From the human T2T-CHM13v2.0 reference genome, Homo sapiens, in the NCBI RefSeq assembly GCF_009914755.1, contig NC_060925.1: a DNA stretch of 64,000 nucleotides; one strand, written 5' to 3'. This document shows, piece after piece, positions 1 to 13,632 of this stretch. Within the stretch, counting starts at the first letter, position 1, and every line of letters starts with the position of its first letter. The notes beneath the pieces were generated by a model. That model was not told where the DNA came from and searched no databases. It worked only from the letters and a program-made list of their open reading frames with translations. The translations under genes and the position numbers were made by a program.

Positions 1-1097
1 TATAATTTCTCTTTATATTTGTGTGGTTTGTTTCTTTATTCTTTTTTATTCTATTTTCAATTTTCAATGTTTTCCTTCTTGCCATTAATGAAATGGGATT
101 TTATCAAAACATTGACATAAAGGTTCATATTGCTATTTCCTATATATTTATAATTGTGGTTTTTATTTCCTTTTGGGTATTAAAGTTATTTAAGACAGTT
201 CTTTTTAAACTCCCAGGAGGCTGCTTTTCCAATTGTTTGTACTTGCACTTTGCTAGTCTTATTACATTATAGATATTGAGTGAAGTTTTCATAATTTCTA
301 CTATTGGTAATTTATTGTTTACTTTGTTGCCATACATATAGCCATGTTTATAAATGTTCCACATGATATTCTTCTTTTGTAGTTGAGAGAATTGGTAGCA
401 TCGCTTATCCTTATCCTTTCTGTTTTAAATTCACCATAAAAATGTCTCTTTCCAAAAAAAAAATTCTGAGCCCGTGCCTTATTGATCTGAATGAAATCCA
501 CTGCTTACCCCTGAACAATTTACTGTGCTCTGGTTGGGTAGGCATGAGTCTCATCTTCTCTTCTGGGAGCAGGAATAAAATTAAGTGAGCTGGAAGTTCC
601 TGGAGTTCCAATTGTTAATAGCAGGTTGTAGAGAAAATCTAGTGCCTGTGTTTTCTGTTTTTGTGTCTCTGCACATTATTCCTCTCAGACTTATTGGATT
701 ATGGAGGGGAAAATGTCTTATTAGACATTCCCACATTTCCACATTAGATATTCCCACATCTCTAGGCCTTGCTTCTTTTATTTAGAAAACACCCACAGCC
801 TCAATTCCCATGTCGGAGTAAGTTACACACTACTGTTGAGTAATTGAATGAGAAGAGATCTGCTGATAGTACAGAGGGTCTACTTACCTCTAGCCCTAGC
901 CTCTTCAAATGAGATGATGTTAAAGAGATTTATCAGAATTTGCTCTACAAAATTGCTCCCTTTTCACCATACGGGACCATTCTCATGGAAAGGCTATTTT
1001 TGTATTTGTCCCTAGTGAATTCACTGATATTCATTCATTCATTCAGCCAATTATTCGACAACTTCTAATCTACATTATTCTTTGATTATTTCCCCAG

Positions 1098-1134
1098 ATT
1101 CACTGGATGAAAGAAAGATAAAAGGGGTCATTGA
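1098..1134 (+). CDS. IFI44: IFI44 37-bp coding exon (probably exon 3), (D)SLDERKIKGVI(E)
   Basis: ttccccag acceptor and gtaagt donor; joins the next exon in frame (GA|G CTC AGG AAG = E-L-R-K); matches the recalled IFI44 protein. Confidence 0.93.
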
Positions 1135-1508
1135 GTAAGTCAATGTTTTTAAGATTCTATTACTCTCTTCATTATCTTTGACTTATTCTATGATAGGTCT
1201 CATCAATATAATTGGCAACACATATTATCACACATAACTTGTGGATCATCAAGAACAAACTGTATTTATAATCATAAAATATTTGATAATATTAATGTTA
1301 AAAAAAAGGACACTGAGTAGAGGAAAGGAATTTTAATGTCATATACTTGAAGAAAAATAATTACTTGTTTGTATGTCTGTGTTTTGCTTAGAATTCTTGC
1401 AGTTAATATTTCAACTACTCTAGAGAGTTGCTGTAGAAGAAGTGGTTGGTGGGTGGAGAAAACCTACCATGAACTTCAAGAACATGTTAGAAATTGTCTA
1501 CTTTCATG

Positions 1509-1574
1509 AACTTCAGAAGTCATATATATTGTGACTTATATATATGTGACACAATATATATGACTTCTGAAGTT
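1509..1574. repeat. Perfect 25-bp inverted repeat with 16-nt spacer, in an IFI44 intron
   Basis: aacttcagaagtcatatatattgtg (1509-1533) is the exact reverse complement of 1550-1574. Confidence 0.95.
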
Positions 1575-1868
1575 TAGTCTTAAATAATTGATCTTTATGT
1601 TTAAAACAGCTATTACTTATCTTTAGATTTATATGGTCTAGTAATTTAAATCTGAAAGATTTTATGTCTGGCTTTAGTTGTGTATTATTTTTGCCTTTTG
1701 TTCTTTTTGCAATAGGATTTCAGGTAGGTTCGTCTCATGTCTTTCATGTAAGAAGTCAAGTTGCTAATCAAAAATAATATCTATGAAAAAATGAATTCTC
1801 AGAAAATTTATAATAAGGTTTTGCGACCTAACCTCAGTCAATTGTTAAAAACGGTCATGTCTAAACAG

Positions 1869-2064
1869 GCTCAGGAAGAGCTTACTGTCTGCCTTGAGAA
1901 CTTATGAACCATATGGATCCCTGGTTCAACAAATACGAATTCTGCTGCTGGGTCCAATTGGAGCTGGGAAGTCCAGCTTTTTCAACTCAGTGAGGTCTGT
2001 TTTCCAAGGGCATGTAACGCATCAGGCTTTGGTGGGCACTAATACAACTGGGATATCTGAGAAG
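1869..2064 (+). CDS. IFI44: IFI44 exon with P-loop GPIGAGKS (LRKSLLSALRTYEPY...GISEK)
   Basis: aaacag acceptor and aag|gtaagc donor; 196 bp; overlaps ORF 1894-2088. Confidence 0.97.
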
Positions 2065-2216
2065 GTAAGCACATTTGAGGCCACCTAGCCTTTGCTTCTC
2101 TGTTCAAATCAATTATATTTCAAAAGCCTTTTGCAGATCAACTTTATTACATATAGACTTCATCTCAATTTATAATAAAAAATGAATCTTTAAAATTGCT
2201 TTTCTCCCCTCTACAG

Positions 2217-2366
2217 TATAGGACATACTCTATTAGAGACGGGAAAGATGGCAAATACCTGCCGTTTATTCTGTGTGACTCACTGGGGCTGAGTGAGAAA
2301 GAAGGCGGCCTGTGCAGGGATGACATATTCTATATCTTGAACGGTAACATTCGTGATAGATACCAG
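2217..2366 (+). CDS. IFI44: IFI44 exon YRTYSIRDGKDGKYLPFILCDSLG...RDRYQ (DxxG motif)
   Basis: Polypyrimidine tract ending ctacag, cag|gtaata donor; 150 bp, phase 0-0. Confidence 0.97.
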
Positions 2367-2721
2367 GTAATATTTGACTAATGAGAAATTATAACTGATT
2401 TTTAAAATGCTTATTTTTGTACAAATGTATCAGCGTTTATCTTCTTAAATTATACTTGCTCAAGATCCTTTGTCTCTTTTAGATTTTTTTTTTCAAAAAG
2501 AATAAAAACATCTCGAGGGCTCTTCCATCATGGCTATCTTAACAGCTACTCCACTTTCTATTGCTTTCAGCTATGTGAAACAGAAATCCAACTACATCAA
2601 CTTACCCACACAGATAATTTTTCTTATGTAAGAGGAAGTCTGAAGGCAGGCAGCTTGGGACCAGTGTGGCAGCTATCTGAAGTTACTAACTTCAGAGATC
2701 CTTCTGACTTTTTGAGGCCCT

Positions 2722-3078
2722 CAGCATGGGCTGTTAAGATATGCCTCCCCCAAATTTATATGTTGAAGTCCCTAGTCCTCAATGTGATGGTATTTGGAGG
2801 TAGCGACTTTGGGAGGTAATTAGGTCATGAAGATAGAGACCTCATGAATGGGATTAGTGCTCTTATATACATAAGAAAGATGATCTCTTTCTGTCATGTG
2901 AAGATAAAGCCTGAAGGTGACTCTCTATAAACCAGGAAGAGGACCGTGACTAGAAACTGAATCTTCTGGCCCCTTGATCTTGAAATTCCCAGCCTCCAGA
3001 ACTGTGAGAAATAAATGTTTGTTGTTTAAGCACCCGATCTGTATAATGTGTCATAGCAGCCCCACCTGACTGAGACGT
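2722..3078 (+). mobile_element. ERVL-MaLR solo LTR (MLT1A/MST type)
   Basis: ccccaaatttatatgttgaagtcc, aatgtgatggtatttggagg and cagcctccagaactgtgagaaataaa are characteristic of MaLR LTRs. Confidence 0.8.
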
Positions 3079-3739
3079 ATGGCTGTCATTTTTATGTGAA
3101 AAAACACTGAGCACTGTCAGTGATCCAGGCAAGAGGAAGGGGAGATCAAAAAACCATCTAAGTATATATTTTTTAAACTTGTAGTCTTTTAATGAACATT
3201 CAGATCTCGAATTAATCAGTAAGTTTACTTTGTTCCAAATGGCAGTTAATGATGCCAGCATCACTGAATGCCTTTTGTATCTTTCCATTATGAAATATTT
3301 GGGTCAGTTTTTGTATTGTCTAGTTTTTTCTATTGATGTAGTGATCTATTATTTCATGACAGCATTTTAATTATTTTAATTACTATATTATCTAATTGCT
3401 TTAATTACCGTAGTAATCAATTATGGCTTGATAAGTTACCAGACAAGTCACATTCATTTTTTATTACTCCTATTTGTTTTTCTTGGCAATTTTCATACAT
3501 AGGCCTTTTCAAGTGAGGTTTTTTGTGCTTTGTTTGATCATTTGTGTTTGATTTCTTGTTGTTTAGATTGAAATTATATTTACACTTTATACTGAAAATT
3601 GATTGACATCTTTACATATCTCGTGTGCCTATTAAAAAACACAGCAAGTTTTGTTTTTCTATTCATGCAAGATTTTTTCATTCTTTAGTATAGAGTTATC
3701 TTGTAAATGCTGTTTATTTTTAAATATTCTTTTTTAAAT

Positions 3740-5790
3740 ACAAACTTTTTATCATAGAGAATTTTAAAATATACAAAGTAGTTTAATGGATTCCCATGTA
3801 CTCAGCATCAAAAATTTTTGACTCACAGCCAATCTCGTTTTATCTATATCTACCCACTTTCTCTTCTCTCTTATTATTTTGAAGCAAACCCAAGAAATCA
3901 TAACATTTCATTCAATATTGAATATACATATAACTATATAAATAGGAGCATATATATATTTCTCCTTAAACATAGCCATAATACTCTTATCCCACCTAAA
4001 ATTTACAATCATTCCATAAATTATCAAATACAACTCAATGTTCAAATTTCTAATTGCTTTATAAATATACATCTTTAAGTTTGTTTGAAAAACATTCAAA
4101 TAGGTCTATTCAGTCTCTTTGATTGTATGTTCTGACTTTATATCCCTTGCTTTTTCCTTATCATTTGTTTCTTAAGAAATCTAGTTGTTTTGTAGACTTC
4201 TACGTAATCTGAACTCCATTATTTGCATCCCTCGGGGTAGTTTTACATGGTCCTCTGTTTTCTGTGTGTCCTGATTATTGAGAGTTGAAGCTAAAGTGTG
4301 TTTCAATTTAGGTTCTACTTCATAGATTGTGTTGTATTATATGAAACCATGCACAATATGGGGATTTATCCCTTTTCTAATACTGGTGTTAATCAATGTT
4401 TAATTCCTAGATCCATTTATTTGTTAAAGTGTGAAAATAGTGACATTCTATATTATTCTTTCACCATTTCACATATGAAAGGAAGCTTACCCTCATCCAT
4501 TCTTTGATTACCCAGTGGCACAGTTTAAAAAGAACAACAGGATATATGCTTGAAATTTTTGCCTTTTTGCAAGACTTTGAAATTATAACATCTCCTTCGC
4601 CTTTGCCAATAGGGTCAAGATATTATTTTATTGTTATTAAGAACTCAATATGAATTGAACATACATTGTGTGTTTCAATCCATTGTAGGTTTTCTCCATA
4701 CTGATGTAAAATGTACCATCTTGTACCAGTGAAAGCCTCTACAATTTGGATCCTGAGTCCTTTTGACATGAACCTAAAAGTCTTTTTTATATTCTTTTAT
4801 TCTTGCCACAGCTTTTGAAACAGCTATTTCTTCAAGTAGTCCTGGTGTGGGGCATTAGAAATGCTCATAGCTACTTGGTTGGTCATTGTTTCTTGACTTT
4901 CTCAGTGAGTAGAGTTAAGTAATATACATTTTAATGAAAAAAAATAAATTATAAACTTATACTAAAACTTCTTATTCAAATTCAGTACTAGAAAGTTTTT
5001 ACTTACTCTCTTTTCTATCACTCGTATATCTGCTTTCACCCAAACTGAGAATTCTCATTCTCAAAAACACTGGAGGTAACAGAATATCATGTCACAGCTC
5101 ATTTCCTTTATCTTATATAACATCTATAGTAACCTCAGTATAAAAGCTCTATCAGTACCATGAACAATCTCATCATAATCACACTTAATATCGTTTCATA
5201 TAATCACAATCAAAACTGGAAACAATTAAAACATTTTAGCATATTTTTATAGTGTGTTTAGGTTGTATCATGTATCCTTGGAGGGGTGTACAAATTATTG
5301 TATTTTAAAGTCAATCAGAATAGTTTATTCTTGTATTATAACCATAACAGTTCACTAATTAAATTAAATTTAGGAATTGAATTGTTAAGTTAATTTGGTT
5401 TTATATTTATGTTTAGCATTTATGTGGTTCAAAGATCAAATCTACAAAATAATGTATAGTCAAAGAATCTATCTTCCTTCTCTGCCCCTTCAAATAAATT
5501 TCTCCCCTCTTCCCATTAGTAACCATATAAAATTTATATTTTACTTGCCTTTTAAAATATGTAACAAAGTACATATAAATTTGCTGCTACTCCCTTCTTA
5601 GAGAAGTGGTAGAAAACTATGTTATATTGACTTATCAGACATTGTTTAACTGACATGGCATTTTTCTGCTACAAATGTTCCAGCAGTTAATAATCTTTGC
5701 ATATATCATTTTGCATTTTTGTCAGTATATCAGTGGGACAGATTCCCAACAGAGAAGTGCTAGATGAAGAGTAAAGTCATCTCACCTTGG
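3740..5790 (-). mobile_element. Old L1M (L1MC/ME-type) fragments, antisense; boundaries approximate
   Basis: Degenerate L1M 3'-end-like tracts such as tattttgaagcaaacccaagaaatcata and ttcccaacagagaagtgctagat. Confidence 0.45.
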
Positions 5791-5899
5791 ACCCCTTCCC
5801 TCCTTGCGCTCTGCTTGATGGTACCAGCTTTTTTTTCTGAATGCTCTTACTTCCATCTGTGGGCAGATTGCCTCTCTTATCTAGAACACTTTCAGCCAT

Positions 5900-6140
5900 A
5901 TCCTTATTCTCTTTAGCAGACTCACTCCTGCTATTTTAGCTCTCAGATTACATGTCCTTTCCTCACAGAGGCCTTACTTGACTAGGTGAAAGGACTGCTG
6001 GCTTACTTGCATAATGCCTGTCTTCTCTACCAAGATTGTTAGCCTCATACTATTAGAGACTTTTCTGTTTTGTTTACCATTTGATTCACTTGCACAGTGC
6101 CTGGTACATAGTTTGTGCTCATAAATATTTGTTGAATTAA
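5900..6140 (+). mobile_element. L2 3' end
   Basis: cacagtgcctggtacatagtttgtgctcataaatatttgttgaat matches the L2 terminus. Confidence 0.65.
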
Positions 6141-6166
6141 TATCTTGCTTTATGTCTACCTTACAG

Positions 6167-6338
6167 TTTAATCCCATGGAATCAATCAAATTAAATCATC
6201 ATGACTACATTGATTCCCCATCGCTGAAGGACAGAATTCATTGTGTGGCATTTGTATTTGATGCCAGCTCTATTCAATACTTCTCCTCTCAGATGATAGT
6301 AAAGATCAAAAGAATTCGAAGGGAGTTGGTAAACGCTG
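6167..6338 (+). CDS. IFI44: IFI44 exon FNPMESIKLNHHDY...RRELVNA(G)
   Basis: ttacag acceptor and g|gtgagt donor; 172 bp; overlaps ORF 6152-6391. Confidence 0.97.
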
Positions 6339-6499
6339 GTGAGTCTCATTCCACTTTGCTAAGGGTAATACCACTAAGGGTAATTGACTAGACTGTATTT
6401 TAGAATGCTTTTTGGACAGGATAAAGAACTTAAGTCATTGCATATTTCAATCTTCCCTAGCCTACCAGGATGCTTCAATGAAATTGAGCATTCATTGGC

Positions 6500-6635
6500 T
6501 ATATGACTTTGTGCAAGTAACTTAAACTCTCTGTGCCTCAATTCTCTAATCAATAAAATTAGTATAATAATAGTACCTCTTAGAGACTTTTTTGTTAAGA
6601 ATTAAAACAAATTAATGCATATGTGAAGGGTAGTA
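6500..6635 (+). mobile_element. MIR SINE
   Basis: tgactttgtgcaagtaacttaaactctctgtgcctca...ataatagtacct resembles the MIR core. Confidence 0.65.
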
Positions 6636-7408
6636 CAATCTGAACTACATGCTACCCCTATATCTTCGCATGCTTTATTGACCAATATTGGGCCTTGAGC
6701 TTTAAGAATTAGAAAATGAAGAAGAAACATTTCCGAAAGGAAAAGAAACAGGAAGGTAAGATGTTTGTAGGGAGAGGTAAAGAGTTTGGAGAAGGTAACC
6801 AGGATCAGGGATTTAGGGTGAGCCATTCTGGCTTTTCTTGTCATATCCACTTTGAGTGAGAAAGAGCCAGTTTATCACTGTTCTTAGTTTTGAAGCAGAG
6901 AGTGATCAACTTACCTGCTTGCTGAAATTTAAAACTTTGCAAAGAGGAGATGTGCAGAGAGATGATTGCTAGTGTTGTGAAATAAGGGAAGTTTACTTGT
7001 GATGCTTTGACACATTCTGTCTCTTTCTTGAGGATTCTTCTCCCCCATCTTGTTTATTAGAGCCCTTTGGTCTTTAGTCTCTGTCAAAACACAACTTCTG
7101 GACAGAATATGAAATCAATCAGTAATATTGCAGCATAAATTTTAGTTACCTCTTCCAAGAGGTGGTTTCATTTGAGGCCTCATTTGTTACCATTGAAATC
7201 AATGAAGGTGACTCCCCATGTCAGAGAAATTCCAGATACTAATAAGTAGTCCAGGGGAGTTTTTTGGGGAGATGAGGGTGACCGGGGTGTGGGGGATCTT
7301 TCCAAATCTGAAATTGTTCCATAGGTTGCCTATTACATAATTGATAGTTAAATAACTTGAAAATACTGATGCTCTCTAAAATGATTTAAAAAATTCTGTT
7401 TGGCATAG

Positions 7409-7509
7409 GTGTGGTACATGTGGCTTTGCTCACTCATGTGGATAGCATGGATTTGATTACAAAAGGTGACCTTATAGAAATAGAGAGATGTGAGCCTGTG
7501 AGGTCCAAG
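7409..7509 (+). CDS. IFI44: IFI44 exon (G)VVHVALLTHVDSMDL...PVRSK
   Basis: catag acceptor and aag|gtaatg donor; 101 bp; phase fits the flanking exons. Confidence 0.96.
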
Positions 7510-7666
7510 GTAATGAATGATGCCCTTCGTAAACACATTTTCTGGGGTATGTTACTACAATCACATACTAGTGTGTATAAAAATAAAAACAAGCAGCTAC
7601 TGGGTTTAAGAAGAATTACAAAATTACTTAAATAGGGCCCGTTTCCCAAGATTTAAAAATTAAATA

Positions 7667-8290
<624 letters not shown>

Positions 8291-8344
8291 TCTATCTTTA
8301 CACTGACATGGGTAAGTTCATTTATTACAATTTAATTCAACTAG

Positions 8345-9200
8345 ATTCAATTCAATAAATGTTTATTGATATTATCTTTAAGGTTGAGCCAGTGTGTTAC
8401 TCTCTTATCAGCTACACAGATCATGAAAAAAATTCCCCCGCACTAAAAATTTTACAATTTTATAAATAGTGGTGAGGGGATGGGAGTGTGGGATAAGAAA
8501 AAGTTGACAAGAGATTATGTACGATTGAGTGTGATAAATATAATGAAACAATGAAAAATAAAGTGCTTTAAAAGTTTAGAGAAGGAAAGTATAGTGTTAA
8601 AGGGGTTCGGGGAGATTTCATCAATGGAACGGCACAGGGAAACGGCTTTCAAGGAGAAGAAATATTTCACAAAATGAAGAGACAAAAAGGGCCAACAAAT
8701 TCAGCATAAGACAATATATTAATGGAGGAAAAGTCAGCATGTTTGGGAAATGTGGAGTTCAGGTTAGTGAAGGGCTGGATCTTTGTAGGCAGAGATAAAA
8801 TGGGCAAGGAACATTTGCATGAAGTAATTTTATTTAATTAGGAGCATTATGAGGAATCACAGCAATTTTTTGAAAGAGTAATGATATGATCAAAGTTAAT
8901 TAAAGTTATGATCTTCAGAAAAATTAATCTGGCACTGTGTACAGAATAGATTGGAATCAAAAGGAACCTGGAGGTGGGAACACCAGTTGGGAGAATGCAA
9001 TGATAGCAAGTATTTGTTGAGCACTAAGTATGTGATAGATTTTCTTAATCAGTCCTTATAACAAGCCTATGAAATGGGTACTATCATTACTGCATTTTAC
9101 AAGTGAGGAAACAAAGAAAACAGAGTAAACATCTGCCAACGTTTATTGACAGTGCTGAGCAGTGACAGATAAATATTTCGAACCTAGGCAGTTTGATTCT
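8345..9200 (-). mobile_element. L2 fragment followed by a MIR, both antisense
   Basis: attcaattcaataaatgtttattga (L2 end); tatttgttgagcactaagtatgtg...cattttacaagtgaggaaac (MIR). Confidence 0.55.
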
Positions 9201-9558
9201 AGAGGTAAAATAGTCTAAACAAGAATTAAACGTTAAACTGGTCTAATAAAATCTACTTATCCAGAGAATGTTTTTTAAAAGAAACAGGAAATATATGGAC
9301 TGTAGGATAGGTGTCATAAAAATTTTGTTTCTAAATCATTTAGAATCCACTGCATGTATTCCAAATTACAATTATCAGTGACATTAGAACTTGATATGTG
9401 AAGTTCTTCAAGAGTACTTTGTGAGACCAGATCTCCATTTTTTTCCAATGGGAAATTATTGCAAGTTCCTACATCTTGATATTGCTTTCATAATTTATAC
9501 TAACATAAAATAATATTTTTCACTGTTTTGCAATGTCTTTTTAATTTCTGTATTGCAG

Positions 9559-9733
9559 CTAGAGGAAGTCCAAAGAAAACTTGGATTTGCTCTTTCTGAC
9601 ATCTCGGTGGTTAGCAATTATTCCTCTGAGTGGGAGCTGGACCCTGTAAAGGATGTTCTAATTCTTTCTGCTCTGAGACGAATGCTATGGGCTGCAGATG
9701 ACTTCTTAGAGGATTTGCCTTTTGAGCAAATAG
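9559..9733 (+). CDS. IFI44: IFI44 exon LEEVQRKLGF...LPFEQI(G)
   Basis: ttgcag acceptor and ag|gtagat donor; 175 bp. Confidence 0.96.
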
Positions 9734-10619
9734 GTAGATGGTTTGGTGGTGTGGAAGCTTGGAAGCGGTCAGGTAGTTGGCTACTTTCTGCTTGGATCTA
9801 TTAAATACCTGGCAGCTCTCTGTCTTTTTGTGGGTTGTTGCCCTGTGATTAGTTCTGCTTTTTAACCCACTCCCTGGATGCATTTTTCCCTCCTTGCATT
9901 TCCCTCTTTTCCTGGAGTTCATACTAGAGAATCTGCACTATGTTTTTCCCTTTTTGTCTTGAGATGAAAGTTTTAAAATAATCCACCTCTGTCATTTCCA
10001 CTCTCTGAACATCCCAAGCTGTATCCCTGGCCTCTTTTCTCAGACTATGTTTCTTTACTTGGGACCTAGAACTGGATTGGATTGGCATTGCTCCTGATCA
10101 GATGAGACCTTTGATTATTTGCCCCTTCCTTAGGACCTTACACTCCTGTCTTTCTTTGACTTGCCTTTTTGTTTCTTTCCTTCATCTTAGTCCCTCTTCA
10201 TGCAGTATGGTCATTGCTAGGTAGAGGTATGTCCTTTTATGTAATGGCCACCGCATTTAGTATTACATAAACTTTCTTTTAACAATCTGTGCATAGTACA
10301 TGCTGCTCTGTTCCATTTAGAGATTTGACAGAGGTTTCAGTTTAGTATACTCAAATCTTATTTTAGTGCTTGGGAAATCAATTCAGAATATCACATCCTC
10401 TCCAATTCTCTCTTACTCAAATTGCTGGGAAACTCTCATGTTACTAACTTTGTTGCTCTAACTCTGCCATCTTGGTTTCCCCATCCCTTCTCTTCCTCAT
10501 GGTACGTGTGCTCCTAATATTAGCGTTGGTTGAGATTTTCAGTGGTCCAATATTCCTCTTCCCTCTGGTTGCCTTTCCTGAGATAATCCACTAAGAATAT
10601 TTTGTGTTTCTTTTCTCAG

Positions 10620-10666
10620 GGAATCTAAGGGAGGAAATTATCAACTGTGCACAAGGAAAAAAATAG
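10620..10666 (+). CDS. IFI44: IFI44 last coding segment (G)NLREEIINCAQGKK*; 3'UTR runs to ~10925
   Basis: ttttctcag acceptor; TAG at 10664-10666; matches the recalled IFI44 C-terminus. Confidence 0.96.
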
Positions 10667-10904
10667 ATATGTGAAAGGTTCACGTAAATTTCCTCACATC
10701 ACAGAAGATTAAAATTCAGAAAGGAGAAAACACAGACCAAAGAGAAGTATCTAAGACCAAAGGGATGTGTTTTATTAATGTCTAGGATGAAGAAATGCAT
10801 AGAACATTGTAGTACTTGTAAATAACTAGAAATAACATGATTTAGTCATAATTGTGAAAAATAATAATAATTTTTCTTGGATTTATGTTCTGTATCTGTG
10901 AAAA

Positions 10905-10910
10905 AATAAA
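10905..10910 (+). terminator. IFI44 polyadenylation signal AATAAA
   Basis: AATAAA ~240 nt after the stop codon, followed by a GT-rich element (gagtgtgtgtgatttt, ~10938-10954). Confidence 0.8.
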
Positions 10911-12376
10911 TTTCTTATAAAACTCGGGTCTAACTTGAGAGTGTGTGTGATTTTGGAAAAATTATGATTTGTCAGCATCTTCTGATATTCACTGCTTTCA
11001 TCTTAATTTTGCCTTCTGATTTTATTTCTAAAGTATGTGATTTTGGCCTGTATGAATCCCTTCTTAATGTTGTATTCTTTCACCTAAAGCCATTTTTGCT
11101 TAATGTTTGATACTTACCGAATGTGGTAATTAATATTCATAAGAATTCTGTAAGACTAAAACTGAAAGAGGCTATAGCTTGATTACTTTATAGTTATAAC
11201 TATTTTAGTTACAAGTGACAACACTCACCCTGAACTATATGAATAAAAAAGAGGATTATAGTATTGGATCAAGTAATCAAACCAAAGAAAGGGCATAGAA
11301 CTGGCTTCAGAAATGATTGAATCTGGGGATTTAAAAGCTGTTGACTATTTCTCTCTCTCTAGCTGTCTCTCTATTTCGGTCTCTGTCTCTCTCGCTCTCT
11401 CTCTCACACACACATTCACCCCTTCATTATTCCTTTATGTGTTGCTATCATTCTCTCAGGTTAGCATCCTTGATAATCTTAAGCCAACTTAATTCAAGTC
11501 TTATTAATACATATAAAATTATTAGCAATTACTTTTAAAAAGCTTTTTTTTAAAATATAGTATAAACATAAAAAGTGCATGATTCATGTATATGGCCCAA
11601 TGCATTTTTATAAACTTAACAAATCCAAGAAACTAGCACTCAGATAAGAAACAGAACTTCACCAGCAGGCATGTCAGAAGTCCCACTTATGCCCCAGCCT
11701 AGTTATTAGCCAGGGTATCCACTATTCTGAGTGTTACCCTGCTGATGGTAAACCTTAGCTGAAGGCAAAGTTAGGTCCACAAAATGGGCAAAATTGAAGG
11801 CAGTATATCTGACAGTATAGGACAATTTTGACTCATCTGAGGTAATGCTTGCTATTCTGATTCATGCTGTGGTTAATGCCCTTGCATTTAGCGCATATGA
11901 GATCCACATGATCAGTCAATTAAGAATACACTTTGAGGAGCATTAAATTATGAAAATCTGTAGCAATTTTGTGGAAGAATTAAAATGGATCATGTCAGTG
12001 GCCACCAAATAAAGCCTAGTTACTGGCTAAAGAGGCATTAGAATACAAAGGCTGATATACTGGTCCATTCCTTGGATGTCTTCATTTGGGTACATGAAAT
12101 AAACGGAGATATTGTCATTCAAGCTATAAACATTGGGTGGAATCACGACATACTCCTTTATGGAAACTGCTAATGTAGTAACACAGCATTCAGAATGCTA
12201 ATAGAGAATTTCTAAAACACGGCTTTTGGTAAGATTCTTTGAAAGCAAAGAACCACAGGTAGACTATGTAGAAACCTTACTAGTAGCCCCAGGTGTCTTC
12301 AACTGGGTTCTGACTAGAATAAATGAATGTCGGGCTTTGACTTTGCTTATACTTTGGGTGTAGCAATGTCTTAGGA

Positions 12377-12904
12377 CAGTGGTCCCCAACATTTTTGGCA
12401 CCAGGGACTGGTTTTATGGAAGACAATTTTTCCACAGACCAGTGGTGGGTCAGGTGGTTTTGGGATGATTCAAGCACATTACATTTATTGTGCACTTTAT
12501 TGCCATTATTATTACATTATAATATAAAAAGAAATCATTATACAACTCACCATAGTGTATAATCTGCGGGAGTCCTGAGCTTGTTTTGCTGCAATTAGAC
12601 AGTTCCATCTTGGGGTGATGCATGACAGTGACAAATCATTAGACATTGGATTCTCATAAGGAGCGCACAATCTAGATCCCTTACACGCGCAGTTCACAAT
12701 AGGGTTCACATTCCTATGAAAATCTAATTCCACCGCTGATCTGACAGGAGGCAGAGCTTAGGCAGTAATGTGAGCAATGGGGAGCAGCTGTAAATACAGA
12801 TGGAGCTTCCCTCAGTCACCCGCTGCTCATGTCCTGCTGTGTGGCCTGGTCCCTAACAGGTCACAACTCATACTGGTCTGTGGCTTGGGGGATGGGCATC
12901 CCTG
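12377..12904 (-). mobile_element. MER1A (hAT-Charlie) DNA transposon
   Basis: 528 bp with terminal repeats cagtggtccccaac and gatgggcatccctg; imperfect 8-bp TSD tcttagga/gcctagga. Confidence 0.88.
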
Positions 12905-13103
12905 GCCTAGGACACTATTAAAGATGTGGAACAACAGAATGTGAATAAGCTCAGTTTCCTAGGTTGCATTTCCTTAAATCAGAGTATACACATCATGTTG
13001 CCTATGTACAAAACCGAGCTAAGAGACTCAGCATCATATGGACTTATGAAGTTCTGCATCATCAATATAGCAACAGTTTGATCAAGAACTGAAATGGGTC
13101 ATT

Positions 13104-13632
13104 CTGCCCTTTTTCAGCGTTCAACATGTCTAAGCAAGGATGTGGTGGGTTCTCCAGTGTGAAATACTGGAATTCCTTGGGTTTTCTGATAGGAGCCAAG
13201 ATCAATTGTGTTGACAACACAGGAGCCAAAAATCTCTATATCATGTCTGTGAAGGGAATCAAAGGGCAGCTGAACAGACTTTCCACTGCTGGAGTGGGTG
13301 ACATGGTGATGGTCAGTCAATAAAGGCAAACAACCAGAGCTCAGAAAGGAAGTATATCCAGCAGTGGTAGTTCAACAAAAAAAAAGTCATACCAAAGAAA
13401 GAATGGCATGTTTCTTTATTTTGCAGATAATATAGGGGTCATAGAAAACAATGAAGGCAAGATGGAAAGGTCCTGCCATCATAAGACCAGTTGGAAAGGA
13501 GTGTGCAGACTTGTGGCCCAGGATTGTGTTAGATGCTGACAGCATTGCGTGATTCTCCAGTATATTTGTGTTAAAAAAAAAAAGGCAAGTAACTAATTAA
13601 AAATATTTGCTCTTCCCACTCCCCAAAAAACT
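13104..13632 (+). pseudogene. RPL23P3: Processed ribosomal protein L23 pseudogene (position fits RPL23P3)
   Basis: ATG at 13126 gives MSKQGCGG...[18 protein letters not shown]; intronless, with a premature stop at 13321 and frameshifts; original stop at 13550-13552; ATTAAA at 13596; 17-bp TSD (14/17 identical) at 13087-13103 and 13633-13649. The P3 number is recalled. Confidence 0.93.

Noticed and set aside
6359-6385. ctaagggtaat repeated just after an IFI44 splice donor
   Set aside because: An 11-bp micro-duplication with no evidence of function.
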